A stretch of DNA of 50,103 nucleotides from Bigelowiella natans CCMP2755 (lineage: Eukaryota > Protista > Cercozoa), in assembly GCA_000320545.1 (NCBI GenBank), contig ADNK01003010.1, forward strand, positions 1 through 50,103, written 5' to 3'. The notes beneath the pieces were generated by a model, which worked only from the letters and a program-made list of their open reading frames with translations, had not been told where the DNA came from and made no database searches. Shown here one piece after another: positions 14,582 through 27,267 of this stretch; the first letter of the stretch is position 1; each line of letters starts with the position of its first letter. Position numbers and translations under genes: made by a program.

Positions 14582-15871
14582 TACCCACATAGGTACAAAT
14601 TCCTGAGCAGCAAGGATTTCAAGCTTGAAATCCCTTGCCAAATCGTGATGCTATACAGAAACAAGTGAGAGCGCAGCTGCTTGCAAGCGTCACCCCTTTC
14701 ACGATAATCTCCTTCCTAGGCTACTGCAATTTCAATTTACCCATTTTATTACCCTAAGCCATGTAATCTCATCACAATCTCATCACGATCATGATCGCAA
14801 TGTTCTTTCTGCGTATTTGTTTGGTATTCTCCAACAGACATAACGACGTGCTGCTCCACAGCGAGCCCATCAGTGTAGTCAAGCACAAGCCAACGACATT
14901 CTCGTATGAGGCCCCTGGAGCGCGGGAATTACTCGATGAATCACAAACTTCCTATTTCAGTCTACTCACCACTCTTGTAAGGAGAAGCACGAACCGATAA
15001 TAATAATGGTGGTGGTGGTGATGATGATGATGATGATAATGATATCGTCTCTACTTCAGATACTCTTCCCTCCTCTCCAATACGTCGTTGTTGTTTTTTA
15101 ATTCAATGCATGGTCCTTCGGTTTCAAAGGAAAGCTGGAACGTGGAGATCCCACAGGAGTCAAAGGGATTTCGAGATAAGGCGAAGGTAAAACCTACACC
15201 GCATATAAAAAGAAGGGGGGCGGGGGTTGGTATAGCATGGCTGAAAAGATTGCAATGACAACGACTGGGGTTTCAAGACAAGTGTATGTGTACATGCAAA
15301 CAAAATCGCTCCTGAGACATCTCTGCTATGTACTTCTTGCTCCTTCAGCTTTTGTTGAAGAAACGGTTGCAACTGATGGGCCTTTGGAACCCTACAGTGA
15401 GGATGCTGGACATGTACGTCGTTTGTGACTGATGCAGCTACATCCAATAGAGCAACTTCGTGGTCGCTCCCTCCCCCCCCCCCCTCCAGCGACTTAACTA
15501 TGCAAGCTTCCCAGTGCCGTTTGTGTAATCTCTTCACTGTGAATGTAGCTTCTTCTCTCACTTATATACTTTTACGTGAATGTCTTTTCGAACGATAGTT
15601 CGGTAGAATGGCCGGAGGCCGCGGAGTCAGAGGTGAACGTTTTCTTTCTCCATTCTCTACATCTCGCATACACCCAACAGCAGCAATACGTGTACGTACA
15701 TGCTGAAACAAACGGAACACAGTTTCAAGTCTATTTCAACATGAGAATCTCGCGGTCTCAATAATCATCTCAAGCTGCAAGCTCAATATATGTCGATTTG
15801 ATGCAGGCTTCTAATCCATGCCAGTGGGTAAATCAGCATAGGCCAAATCATGCGAGGTAGTAGCCATTTCG

Positions 15872-15909
<38 letters not shown>

Positions 15910-16199
15910 TATAAGACAAAGTAATATAGTAGTCTTACGCAGGAGATTATGACGATATTTTTTGGGTGTATAGACTTATAATTTGTTTTAAAATGTGTTA
16001 TTTTTTTGATTTTACGTCGCCGCTTAGATACATACAGCCTCTCGAGTATTCTACGGTGCCAGGCCTCAAGCCTTTTCGGGAGGAAGTGTAATGATAAACA
16101 ATCGACAGAGTATATATCATATATATAATAAATATATGTGGCATTCAAAGCTTGCAGATTCGGTCACCCCCCCCCCCTCCCTCTTTTTTACAACTCTCC

Positions 16200-16251
<52 letters not shown>

Positions 16252-16651
16252 TTATCTCTTTATCTCTCTCCCTCCCTCTCACTCTCACTCCTCATCAATC
16301 TTATTAATTTTCTCTTGACATCTAACTACTAATTTTAATTGCACCCCCTTGTAATAAAACAGCTAGCAATCTAATGGGTTCTTGGAACCAACGCTAATTT
16401 CTCGTTGAATTATCAATGTCTGCATTTTGATGATGATTTCTAGGTACAGTGATTTCATAGCAGAATGCAGTGGAGATTCAGGGCTATTGACGGCTGATGG
16501 AGCGACGAAGTTGATCCAGAAGTATAAGAATTACACGCAGCGTCGAGGTACATAAAAATACTCGCTAGCATTCTTCTGAACATGATCTGCGAAGATTCAT
16601 ACAAACACTGTGCTATGAATGTGTGTATGCGCTTAGGCATGTGTGTGTGTA

Positions 16652-16727
<76 letters not shown>

Positions 16728-17376
16728 GGAGAGAGGGGGGGGGGAGGGGGAGGGGGGGGTTAGTGTCAGGTACAGATATAGCTGTAGGTGTAAATATAAG
16801 CGATGTAAAGCACAAACTATTGCATTGAGTTATGACACACATAATATTTAGATCGAGTGAAAAAGTTCAATTGGAAGGACACAAGTAAGAAATACACACA
16901 CAAACACAAATAAAAGCCGGGTCAACGAAGAAGGAGATTTATCTATGAAGATGTAGCTGTAGTCCTTCCGCGGAGTAATGACGTCACCGATACGGAGTAT
17001 TGCATTATGATTACTATGCGCACAGAGAAAGAGAGAGACATAGAAATAGAGAGAGGGGGGATGGGGGAGAGAAGAAGGAGGGGAGGAGGCGGACCTGCAC
17101 ATGCCCACGCACGTAGCAGGTCAACTCTTAGATATTTCATCATTTTCTTAACCGTCACACAGGCATTGACGAAGGCACAACGCTGATGAAGGCAGCGGAC
17201 ATAAACAACGACAACCTCTTGGATTTCGCCGAGTTTTTCCACTTCATCTGTTGCCTCCCCGACTGCGACAAGCTGTTTATCTTTGATGATGGTAGGGTTT
17301 GATTCACATGTTTTCTTCCATGTTTTGGGGGTCTAAATCCCACAGATTGTATATTTTTTTTGAACTGATATTTATT

Positions 17377-17421
<45 letters not shown>

Positions 17422-17727
17422 CTCTCGCTCTCTCTTCCTATGTGTGTGTGTGCGCGTGTTCGATGTGCTTCGCGTTTTTGCTCTTATTCTTAGCTAAATG
17501 TACTCGTATAGTTGAATGGTTGGTACCGCTATATCCAGGTGTACCTAGAAGGTGGAGGGACTCTGATTGGACAGCAAAACAGGATTCCAAACCGATTTTG
17601 TGCTACGGGTAGTAGCTCGTTTGGTTATTCGCAGCAAATTTTTGGTGTGCTGCTGATTATGTGCTTTACGTGGGATGCTGTGTATGCATATGAGAGGGTA
17701 TTCAAGCTAGGACAACATATATGTTTA

Positions 17728-17765
<38 letters not shown>

Positions 17766-18841
17766 CTGATACGTGTGTGAAAATTCAATAGATTCACATA
17801 CATTTAACGGATTATGTATCCACGCAGATATAAGATTTACGCGGTGAAGTACCTGAAGAATCTGAACTTGGTGTCGCAACTTCGGCTGTGGTCTTTGTCG
17901 CAGATCGGTTTTGGAGGTCAAACAGCAGCACCTAATTTACCTACGTGTAGTTTGTTGCTACTTTCCATCTTCACGTTGACTTTCGCGTATGCAGATACTT
18001 TGTTTTTACTCACGCGCACCCACAGCCTCTTTCTCATCTCTCCGCAAAGGAAATGTGAGTATGATGAACTTGCCTTGTTCTTTGAATATGCAAGGGATGC
18101 GATTTGTCGTCGGAGCACGAAGGGACACGAATGGAGTGTATAAGTAAGACTCAATTATGACCTCACTTAAACAATAATTGCATCGCCCTGCGGCACGGCA
18201 AATCACAGGACAGAGTCATTTCTGTTGTCTCTGGCAGCGTATTTGAGCACCATGTTTATAAGAGTGCGAAGATTTGATGGTGCAGATCAAAGAGAGAAAA
18301 GAGTGATAAAATAGTGGGGAAGATTAATCTACCTCACCATGTGTAGTCCTGCAGATGTTCATTGACTGATGTAACTCAAGAATTCGCACCGTCGTTAATG
18401 ATAAAATTTTGCAGAATCTATGGCACCAAACATTACGGCCTTCGATACAACATGCCAAACACGGACTTTTTCATCGAGCGCATATCCTTGTCGCGTTTCA
18501 ATAGGGAGCAACACGGGAGAGGGCTGAAGCCACAGTCATCTCGTATGCTTGATGGAGTTTGGACATGGGCTCTCGTAAAGTATAATGATGATCCGACAGA
18601 AGGAGTGTCAAGTGACGATGACGACAAAAACGAGCAGGGAAGAAGGTTTCTGTTCGGGAAAACAAAGCGCAGGGATGATGAAAGAGGAAGTTTGATTGAT
18701 GAAAGTGGAAGTTTCGATGTGATTTATCAGACGGTAGGCCGTGAGCCTAAGGACCAGCTACGTCCGCCGCGTTTATGGGACAACATGGAGATTGGCTTTG
18801 CTGTTAACTTTGAACCGAGCGTGGAAGATGAGTTCCTGTAG
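13400..18841 (+). CDS. Multi-exon protein with a canonical EF-hand
   Basis: Phase-consistent exon chains at the 5' end (SWRWRFESDD|ISLFGNITDEDKFK|QIRDKLTLQ|YKFLSSKDF|HNDVLLHSEP) and the 3' end. EF-hand loop DINNDNLLDFAE at 17198-17233. Long terminal exon ends VEDEFL* at 18841. Start uncertain. Confidence 0.65.
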
Positions 18842-20016
18842 TAGCTGACTGGATAGTTTGCGAATTATCACCGTCTCATTTCGATCATGCATGATCTGAC
18901 CATAGCACTGCGAATACACGGAAGGATTTGCTTCTTCCAGTGGGCGGCACGTGCATGTGTGCTTTGATGAAGATTGTGCAACTATTAAGATAGAAAAGTG
19001 AGTTAATTGCATGCTACTTGGCATGGCTAAGTAGCATTTGTCACATGACACGCAGATCGGATGTTGTTACAAAACCACCCTGCAAAATGTACCTGTTTGT
19101 GTTTCACAATTTTTTGATGTCATCATCGTGCATGATCGAACACGATGTGGGTAACCATGGCCACGTAGCATGCTAGCAACCTGATGAATTGGTCCACTAT
19201 AAAAAACAGAAATCTTCTTTCGCATCCCTGCTTTATTCTAGCATTGTGCGCTTTATGAACACAAAACAAGTACGCGCTCGTGCATAGCTACGAGTCGTTG
19301 GATTCGCTTTTGGTTTGGAGCGCTCATTGCGGTTGGGTGTGCTGAAGTGTGTTGAAGTGCAACAAATGTTGGCGTAGCGTGCTATGTGGTGGTCTAGGCG
19401 ATTATTAATGAAACCAATGGACATTAGCTAAATTTTTGTCATGAGTGACACGTGCTATAGCATACGTGTTTTTCTTTATCGATGATTGAAAGGCTCCGCA
19501 TTTGTTTATTTCGTCGATCGTCTATCGTTGACTGCGTGCAAGCGTGCGTGTACACGCACGTGCAATGTGTGCGTTGCGAGGCAGATAGAGTCATCGTACG
19601 TAAGTTTTTCAATCCTCAGATTTTTGGTTACACTCTGCATGATACATTACAAAGACTACAACGCAATTTAACGTAATAAGCGAATATCTTTAGCAAACTA
19701 CGGGGTAGCAATGGCGGCAGGAAAAGTACAACCAGAGAACAGATTGGCACGAATCTTCACGTATTTAGAGCTTTGTTAGAGTGAAAACCGACTTAATGCA
19801 CATCATGATCGAGGGATCATGCATCGGCTGCTGTACTACGAGTTTCTGTTTTGTACACAATTTCTAATGCAGCACTAGGAATTTAAGAAGTGTCTACCAT
19901 TATCTCAAGGCCTCAATTTGCTCTAATAAATGTACATATGTATATATAACCCTGTGATTCCACTGCAAATGTCCAGAATTATGTTGCGGTTGTGCTTCGG
20001 CCTATCTCCTTATCCT

Positions 20017-21033
20017 TCACGGCGTCATAGTCCCCTCGTTCGTTCTCATATCACCCTCTTCGCCTGCAAGGAGCTTTGCGACCCCATTACAGTGAGCCAT
20101 TCCCAGTACAGCCACCACCGTTTGCTCATCTTTGGCGTTCAAACATGCCTCTCGGATAGACCCCGCCAAAACTTCATCTCTTTCCTGCAGCAACACAACC
20201 AGGATTGTACGCGCTAAGATTAGGTACACTGCAAAGTTAAACACAAGGAACAGGGCTGTCAGGGCCGAATTCAGCTGCATGGCAATCTGAGCTGCAAGCT
20301 GTGCTTCGCCTCCGCCGATAGAAGCGATACTGGCTCCTCCGGTGTTTCCTACATCCAAACTGAGGAAGTTGAACAGGCCGACAAGCCCAAGGGCAAATAA
20401 TGGGTTCTTGAGGAAAAACGCGGCAGGATACCGCACGAAAGTGATTGGCAGTCCAAGCAAGAGCACAGGGTCTAGAAGGTCAAGCACTGAAAGAGATGGA
20501 ACGCCCTTCCCAGATTTATTGGAGAAGAATTTATAGAAGTCTGCGGTTATCTCTGGCCAGCCTTTAAGGGGTGATAGTATGTCCAAGGCCGTTTTCTTCA
20601 TCATGTTCTTCGCTCCTCCAACAATATTAGAGATCTTCTCATCCCCCAAGATAACTTCGACATTATTGTCTCTTGCCACATCAGCAGCACCTTGCATCTC
20701 GTTGTCAAGGAGCTTACGCCGCGGCGAGTATCGTGGCTGCTTCGACTCCATGCTCTTCCATCGTTTGTCACACATCTCAATAACGACGGAGGAGAGACTG
20801 TTCTCCTCCCCAAGCTTCTTAACGACGTTCTCTGCCTTTTTTATTGACACGGGATTGTAGTGCATCGTCCCCACTAGCACCACATTTTTGCCTGACTGCC
20901 TTTCCCTGAATTGCAGCACCTGCCTCTCAGCCAAGCAGCCACTGGGAAGCAGCATAGTCAACCATAGGATCGAGCTGGCCAATGCGACCACACTCCCACG
21001 CCTTCCTTGTCCTCCCAAAGGGGTGAGATTCAT
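20017..21033 (-). CDS. TraB/PrgY (TRABD-like) family protein, intronless, with N-terminal signal peptide
   Basis: 338-aa ORF with motifs VVLVGTMHY, VVIEMCDKRW, NEMQGAA..VILGD, LLQERDEVLAGSI, VVAVLGMAHCNGV; hydrophobic leader and two TM-like segments. Confidence 0.9.
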   Translation of the reverse strand: MNLTPLGGQGRRGSVVALASSILWLTMLLPSGCLAERQVLQFRERQSGKNVVLVGTMHYNPVSIKKAENVVKKLGEENSLSSVVIEMCDKRWKSMESKQPRYSPRRKLLDNEMQGAADVARDNNVEVILGDEKISNIVGGAKNMMKKTALDILSPLKGWPEITADFYKFFSNKSGKGVPSLSVLDLLDPVLLLGLPITFVRYPAAFFLKNPLFALGLVGLFNFLSLDVGNTGGASIASIGGGEAQLAAQIAMQLNSALTALFLVFNFAVYLILARTILVVLLQERDEVLAGSIREACLNAKDEQTVVAVLGMAHCNGVAKLLAGEEGDMRTNEGTMTP

Positions 21034-21382
21034 CAAATATTTCTCGACGACGACGCCTCTGACGTGTCTCAGGCCCCCTAACTATGAAGTTGCTCGTGGC
21101 CACGTGCACGTGTAGGCTCCGCAGTCGGGGGGGTTAAGTGGAGAGCTCCCCGAAGTCGTAGGGATCGAAACAGCATCCATTTTATTCAAATAAGATTCAA
21201 ACGCAATTGGATTTCAACCATGAGAAAAAGCAAGTCGCAGAGATAAATACGAGAGGGAATTGCGTTTTACATCCTTGCGACAACTAAACTGCTGGGATTT
21301 TCTTGTATCTCTGGAGAATCTCTGGACTACGTCTCGTCGACATTCCTCGAGATTCTTCGTCCTCAAGGAGGAGGAGGAGGAG

Positions 21383-21413
<31 letters not shown>
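21034..21413. promoter_or_regulatory. Divergent promoter region between the TraB gene and the esterase gene
   Basis: 380 bp between two head-to-head ATGs; contains CACGTG motifs at ~21101-21112 and a (GAG)n tract just 5' of the esterase ATG. Confidence 0.4.
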
Positions 21414-21414
<1 letters not shown>

Positions 21415-24196
21415 TGACGTCGAAATCACCACTTCAAACACGGTTCAGACACCTCGTAGCTTGGGTGCGAAGCAAGACCATCTCTGTGGTGCCGGCTAGG
21501 AGGTCTTCACGGTTGGGCTTAACTCTCAAAAATACGAAATGACGAGCAAACACGATTGCTTCAATGTTTTTGTGCAGGATTGCGTTGTATCTAGCAGCCG
21601 GTCTCGTTTTATTGACAGTGTTCATCCATCTCAAGCTTAATGACATCCCAAGGTGAAGAAATATCCACTCGATGAAGACGTTTCTCTGTCTAGAGATGCA
21701 ACGTAAAACTGTTGGGCAGCGAGCTATGTCTTCATAACGCAAACGCCATTCTCATGAAAGAAGAGCTGTGCATGACTTCTTGATCATTGGACAGCTTTCA
21801 TTGGGGCATTTCCGTGGATTTAAAGGAATTTCCCAAGGGGTGGCTCAACATCAATACCTCTAGGATTTCGGTTGGCGGACATTCAAATTCGGTAGTAGGC
21901 GAGTTGTTGCCGCACAATTTAGCACCTACCCTCACTAAGTCAGCATTCAATCTATAATTTAGTATCTAGGATACCGAAAGGAGTATCTTGACTCGTGTGA
22001 TTCTCCCTTAATTTTAGGCTGACTTCGCACACCAGTTGCACGTGGCCTTCTCAAAGTTGTTGTTTTGTTTATGAGGATATGTGGGAAAATGAGTAGGAGG
22101 GCAGCAAAGTGAATGGCAGGAACATTTCCACCAACACGACACGAGATTTTCAACTATGATTAGGATACATGCATTGATTTTCGCATTGATTATCTCGTGA
22201 AATTGCGCTCTGTCCTAAAGAACCATCTCTGGGGTGTGCATGTTTGCTGGGGCTCCTTATCATTGTGCCGTCACACGATTTGCAGGTCATCACAATTATT
22301 CTCGCATTTAGGTGTTAGTGGTAGGCATGAAACGCATTGTTCGAATAGCTACGATATATAGAGTGTGTTTATGCTAGACTATGGAGCGTGTCTTAGTGGT
22401 TTCTCTTCTACTATTGATTCATTACCCTTTTTTGTGCTTATAATTCTTACCAAAACAACAATAGCCGACACCCTAATTGACGAAGCAGGAGGTAGTAGAT
22501 AAGAGAAGCGGCTCAAAGGAGAGCAACCTAGCATGATTTTTAAATATTTTTTGTAATGATAGTTTTAGTCCTCACGCAATCAAAGATTTGTGAGGCAGCA
22601 ATTTAAAGAAGTAAATTAGCAATGGCTTTGAGTATTTCCAACGATAGACCTCATGAAGTTGTCGTAGCCGCCATGTACACCTATGATTATCAGTAGCTTC
22701 GAGCTACCAATTCCTGCATTGTTTGATGGTATGAGGAGTGAGCTATATCGGGCTGTCAGATCTTATTAATATCAAATAATATATTATGCTCATTCAATTC
22801 AACTAAAGGCGCAAGAGGATCCGTGCCCTTCTGTGAAGGGTGTCCTATCGGGAAGACGCTTATGTAAATACCAACAACACAAACACAAGCACACACACCT
22901 GCACAAACACACAACAGCCAACATGCACTCGTGATGATACATGTCTTTATATAGTAACGTACACTGTACTCATTCTGTTCCCCGCCATGGGCTCAATAAT
23001 GACACAATCATCCTATAAAACTGGACGTCGCTATTTTGAGATATTCCTAGTGTTGCTACAGCAATGTGGAATAGTTTTAATTCCGACAGTACTTGCTCTG
23101 TTGAAGAAATCCATCAGAATTCTCTACTATATGCGATTATTATGCTTTTGTAACGATGATGACCGCTCCTATCCTCCTCCTTCACGTGGTTATTTCAGGT
23201 TATCATTCTTTCGCCCCCCCCCCCCCTCCCCCTCCCCCCGCTTAGATACGACAAGTGCAAATCAAAACCATGGGCTGTAGATGTGGGAATGCTGGTAGGA
23301 GCAGTGAAGAGGATATTTGCACTAAGAATAACGATGGGGGGGAGGGGGAGGGGGAGAGGTACAAAATAATCGAAGAGTGACGGTGATGACATTTTGAAGA
23401 CATAACTTACCAAGGAAGCTATTTGACGAGCCTGTGTGCGTGTGTACTTTTTCATAAGCGGCTATGTGATTTTTGATTTGTTTTAACGCTCTAGCTCTTA
23501 CAAGAGCCCTGAAGAATAATACGAATAGCAACACATTCAATCACTGCGTGATGGCCATTTAATACCAATAAAAAGCCACATATGACGTTTCAATCCCATA
23601 TTCCTTTGCATGGGTTCATGCGGCGCAAATGGTGGAAATATACCGTTGGAATGTCATCATCACCATCGTCATCGCCCTCGTCATCCAATCACCTTCGTGA
23701 TGAACACCATACCGAAGCCAGATTATCCGAGGTACCGGCAATAACACCGAGATGTTACTTACCATTTCAAAATCCAATGAATAATCACTGTTTACCGTGA
23801 GAAGAACACACAGCGTACATGAATTAGGCTCTTTTCCAATGCCCTGTAGACTACGATTTTCCGCAAATACACTCTCACAATGAAAGTAGTGTTTGGTGAA
23901 TCTACTCTTATATGTTGTTTCAAGGCGTGTTTGTAGAGAGCGAGGGGTGCCAAATGATGGCTGCTTGGACGAGTATTATCGATATTTAACATCATCTATA
24001 GCATATAGTTTGCTGCTGTTGTTGCTGCTGCTGCAGGTGGTGGCGGTGGTGATGATGATAAGGGTGGTATACGTAGTAGCGATGATGATATATGTGAGCT
24101 GAATGTAAGAAAGCAGAGCTTAAGAATTCACCAACATCAACACCAAAATAATATATCTATACACATATATGAAAAAATACACACACACACCACATA

Positions 24197-24242
<46 letters not shown>

Positions 24243-24345
24243 TCGTACGATAGCGTCGATAACCTCCGAAAGCCTCACCAGCGAGTATACCTACAACGTG
24301 GGCTGCGTGACAAGTGCTATCTTAGCGGTGATGATGACGACGACA

Positions 24346-24376
<31 letters not shown>

Positions 24377-24488
24377 CGATGCGTTTGAGAGCATCGGCGG
24401 TGAGACTTCGATCGTGAGGAGGATAGAGAACCTTAGAGGACTTTACTTTTTTAAAAGAAAGCATTCATAAGGATTCTCAAAATTATGA

Positions 24489-24519
<31 letters not shown>

Positions 24520-25198
24520 GTGTGTGTGTATGTGTGTGTGTGTGTGTTCCTTCCTCTCGCAATGTGACAGTTATGTTCTAAATTTCTCTCAATACAATAC
24601 GATAGTTACGTTTTGAATTCCTCTCAATACATTGCAGGCAGTGTGGCGAATGTACATGCTTTTTACGCACAAATGATGGACGATCCTGGGAATCAGGTTT
24701 GCATCATTCAGACGCACTTCTCGTCCAATGTAGTATCTACAGTTCTCTCTGGGTTTTATCATTATCTTTCCTCCCCCTCACTCATACTCGTCCTCTTCCT
24801 CTTCATACCTTCCGCTGTCTTCTCACAGATTTTGTTTAATAACTCTCTCGATCTACCCCATACCATACCAAAGCCAGGAATGTTCAAGGTTAGGTTTTTT
24901 AAAAAAATGTTTTTAAGGAAGAGAGGAGTACAAAGATGGTGTTGGTGGTGGTGATGATGATGATGATTCGATGAATCGACGATCCTCTCTCCCTGTTAGC
25001 TGTTTGTAACATGTTCATTTGATAAAAGCCTCTCATCCGTCTGAGTCATAACTCACTGGCACTTGTATTAGAGTTTATTTTGCTCAAATGTGTCTCTGTT
25101 TATGGTCAAAAGTCACAAGCAAGGATTTCTATGAGTTGGGCTCTGAGAGTGTGTTTGTTTGCGCAGATGATACGCATATATGAACAACATATTTATAT

Positions 25199-25242
<44 letters not shown>

Positions 25243-25404
25243 TCTTAGGAGGCCATGGCTTATGATGGACCAGGTACAAAAGCAGAGGAAAAGAAGAAGA
25301 AAAGGAATAATATTATATAATTGATAAACAAGCCCTTGCAATAATCATTACTATGTCGTCCATAAGCTGCGAAGGGGGGTGCTATTGCTCCCAACAGCAC
25401 CTGT

Positions 25405-25459
<55 letters not shown>

Positions 25460-27160
25460 TACAATAACCACCTTTGAAGCACATCTCACCTCAAAGTCAG
25501 ATAGAATTGGAAATGAAAAACGTGCGCCGTCCTGCGACATTTCGGCCACTAATATGTTGGTAGATTGGGCTGCTGCTGCTGACATTAATGCGTCCTTACT
25601 GTCTTCTTTCCATGTTACAGGGGAATGTGTAACGCATACACTGAAGGACGGCCTCCCCCTCAACTCCAGAGCACTGCCAGTTGCAGGGAACACCTTCAAA
25701 TTTGACCAAACGAGGGTAGTAGTAGTAGTAGTAGTAGAAGAAGAAGAAGAAGAGTAGTAGGCTATTATTCCAAAGAGCGCCAGGTACCCAAACATGCATT
25801 ATGGATGTTCAGTTCGGATTTGGGGAGAGGATGATGGCAAAAAGCATTCGACACTTTTTCCATAGAAGATATAAGATGATTCCCATCTTTCATGAGGCAA
25901 TGCCAACCGCCCCCCCCCTCCCTCCCCGGCCTCTTTTTCAGTTCTCAGGATACGATCCAAGCGTAGGGTGGCATGATTTCGGATGGTTGTATGTTCCAAA
26001 ATCGTGTCAGAACGCCCCCCTCCACACGTTCATTCCTGATAGAAGGCTGGAGAACGAAGAAGGCCTAAAGCAGGGGGGCTCACAAGAGGCTAAAGACCAT
26101 CCTGAAGATGCTACTGAGCGGCGGGGAGGAGGTGCAGAGCGTGTATGCAATGCAAACGGTATTGATAGGGAACACCTGCAATCTGGGAAAAGCAGCGAAG
26201 GCAACAACACCAACAACAATCCGTGTGCGCTTATGATTTGGCTAAAGCCGTGTGGAGGGGGGGGGGACCCAAGAGGAACTAGCTTTGATGGATTTGAAGA
26301 AATCGCAGAAAGAAACCGGTAGTAGCGGCAGCTAGCTATCTGTGCGTGATAAGCGGTCCATAACCAGAAATGACGAAGAAGGACGCAGTAATAGCTAAAA
26401 CAGTTTACAAATCACCTTTTCTTTTTAATAGCCTGGTTTTGACAAAAGAAGTCGGTCATGTTTGGTGATAAGATGTTTCTGCTGGAACATTGAACATTGA
26501 ACTTAACATTGATGCAAATTCATCATGTTGTAACGGAAGGGCATACACAATATTAGCCTCGAAAACTCTTAACTTAGTAGGGAAGGGGGGAGGGCAAATT
26601 TGCGCTTTGCTGATACGCATATGGCATTATTTCTCCGTAGGATAATCATTATGACACCCGTTTTGAAGCCTAATTCGTGCTACTTAAAATTCTGGAAGGG
26701 CTGCCATGAGGTAGGAAAGGCGTTCCATCCTCTTCCATTTCAGAATTCCCCAGGATGTTATCATGGAAACAGAATTCGAAATGGTTTCTCCCATGGGTTT
26801 TTTTTTTCTGTTTTCGGCCAAAGCCGAAACCGTAGAACCTCAATTCTTTGAGAAACTAGATGACAAATGCCTTGGGTCTTGGCCAATGCCAGGATCATCG
26901 ATGTGCTCTCTTGTTTTTAAGAAGCATTTGCAACAATTTTTTTTTTGGTGAAATGCGTTGATGCTGACTGAATGAAGAGATGCTTATTTCGGCATCGAGA
27001 AGAAATTGAGAAGTACGTCTGGGTTTTCAAAAATCAGGTTGCTCGGGGGTGTTGGGACGCGTATGGGCAGACAGGTGCGAACTATGCATTGCAGTCTGGA
27101 GCTCACATGCGACCGGTGGGTGAGATGGTTAAGGACTTGCTCGCATCCTCGTGCACATAG
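21414..27160 (+). CDS. Poly(3-hydroxybutyrate) depolymerase-like esterase (extracellular/fungal PhaZ type) with N-terminal signal anchor; about 18 exons
   Basis: Phase-consistent splice: IALYLAAGLVLLTVFI (TM) ... ISVGGHSNS|ADFAHQLHVAFSK|TISGVCMFAGAPYHCA ... RVYLQRGLRD ... LPHTIP ... AYDGP|GEC ... FDQTR|F..GWLYVPKSC ... GCWDAYGQTGANYALQSGAHMRPVGEMVKDL. Motif order matches the family. Confidence 0.88.
25407..25456. repeat. (TA)n intronic microsatellite, representative of dozens of (TA)n, (CA)n, (GA)n, (GTA)n, (CAT)n, (AAG)n and poly-C tracts in introns
   Basis: Directly visible. Confidence 0.95.
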
Positions 27161-27267
27161 CTAGATAGTCATTCTGCTTGCTGAAGTTGATCAGGAGACC
27201 GTGTTCGTTCAACACCTCATGCTATGCAGCATCTAGGCATGATCAAAGCAATTGCTACGATGTGGCA

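Noticed and set aside
18050-18414. Possible in-frame stops suggesting codon reassignment or non-canonical splice sites
   Set aside because: A canonical GTAAG...CAG intron (~18143-18414) gives a stop-free frame; standard code and GT-AG splicing suffice.
21260-21960. Apparent stop-riddled pseudogene on the + strand
   Set aside because: Resolves into exons 1-3 of the PHB-depolymerase-like gene with canonical introns.
26600-27160. Three overlapping short ORFs that looked like a frameshifted gene
   Set aside because: They are the last two esterase exons (26641-26710, 27038-27160) plus intron.
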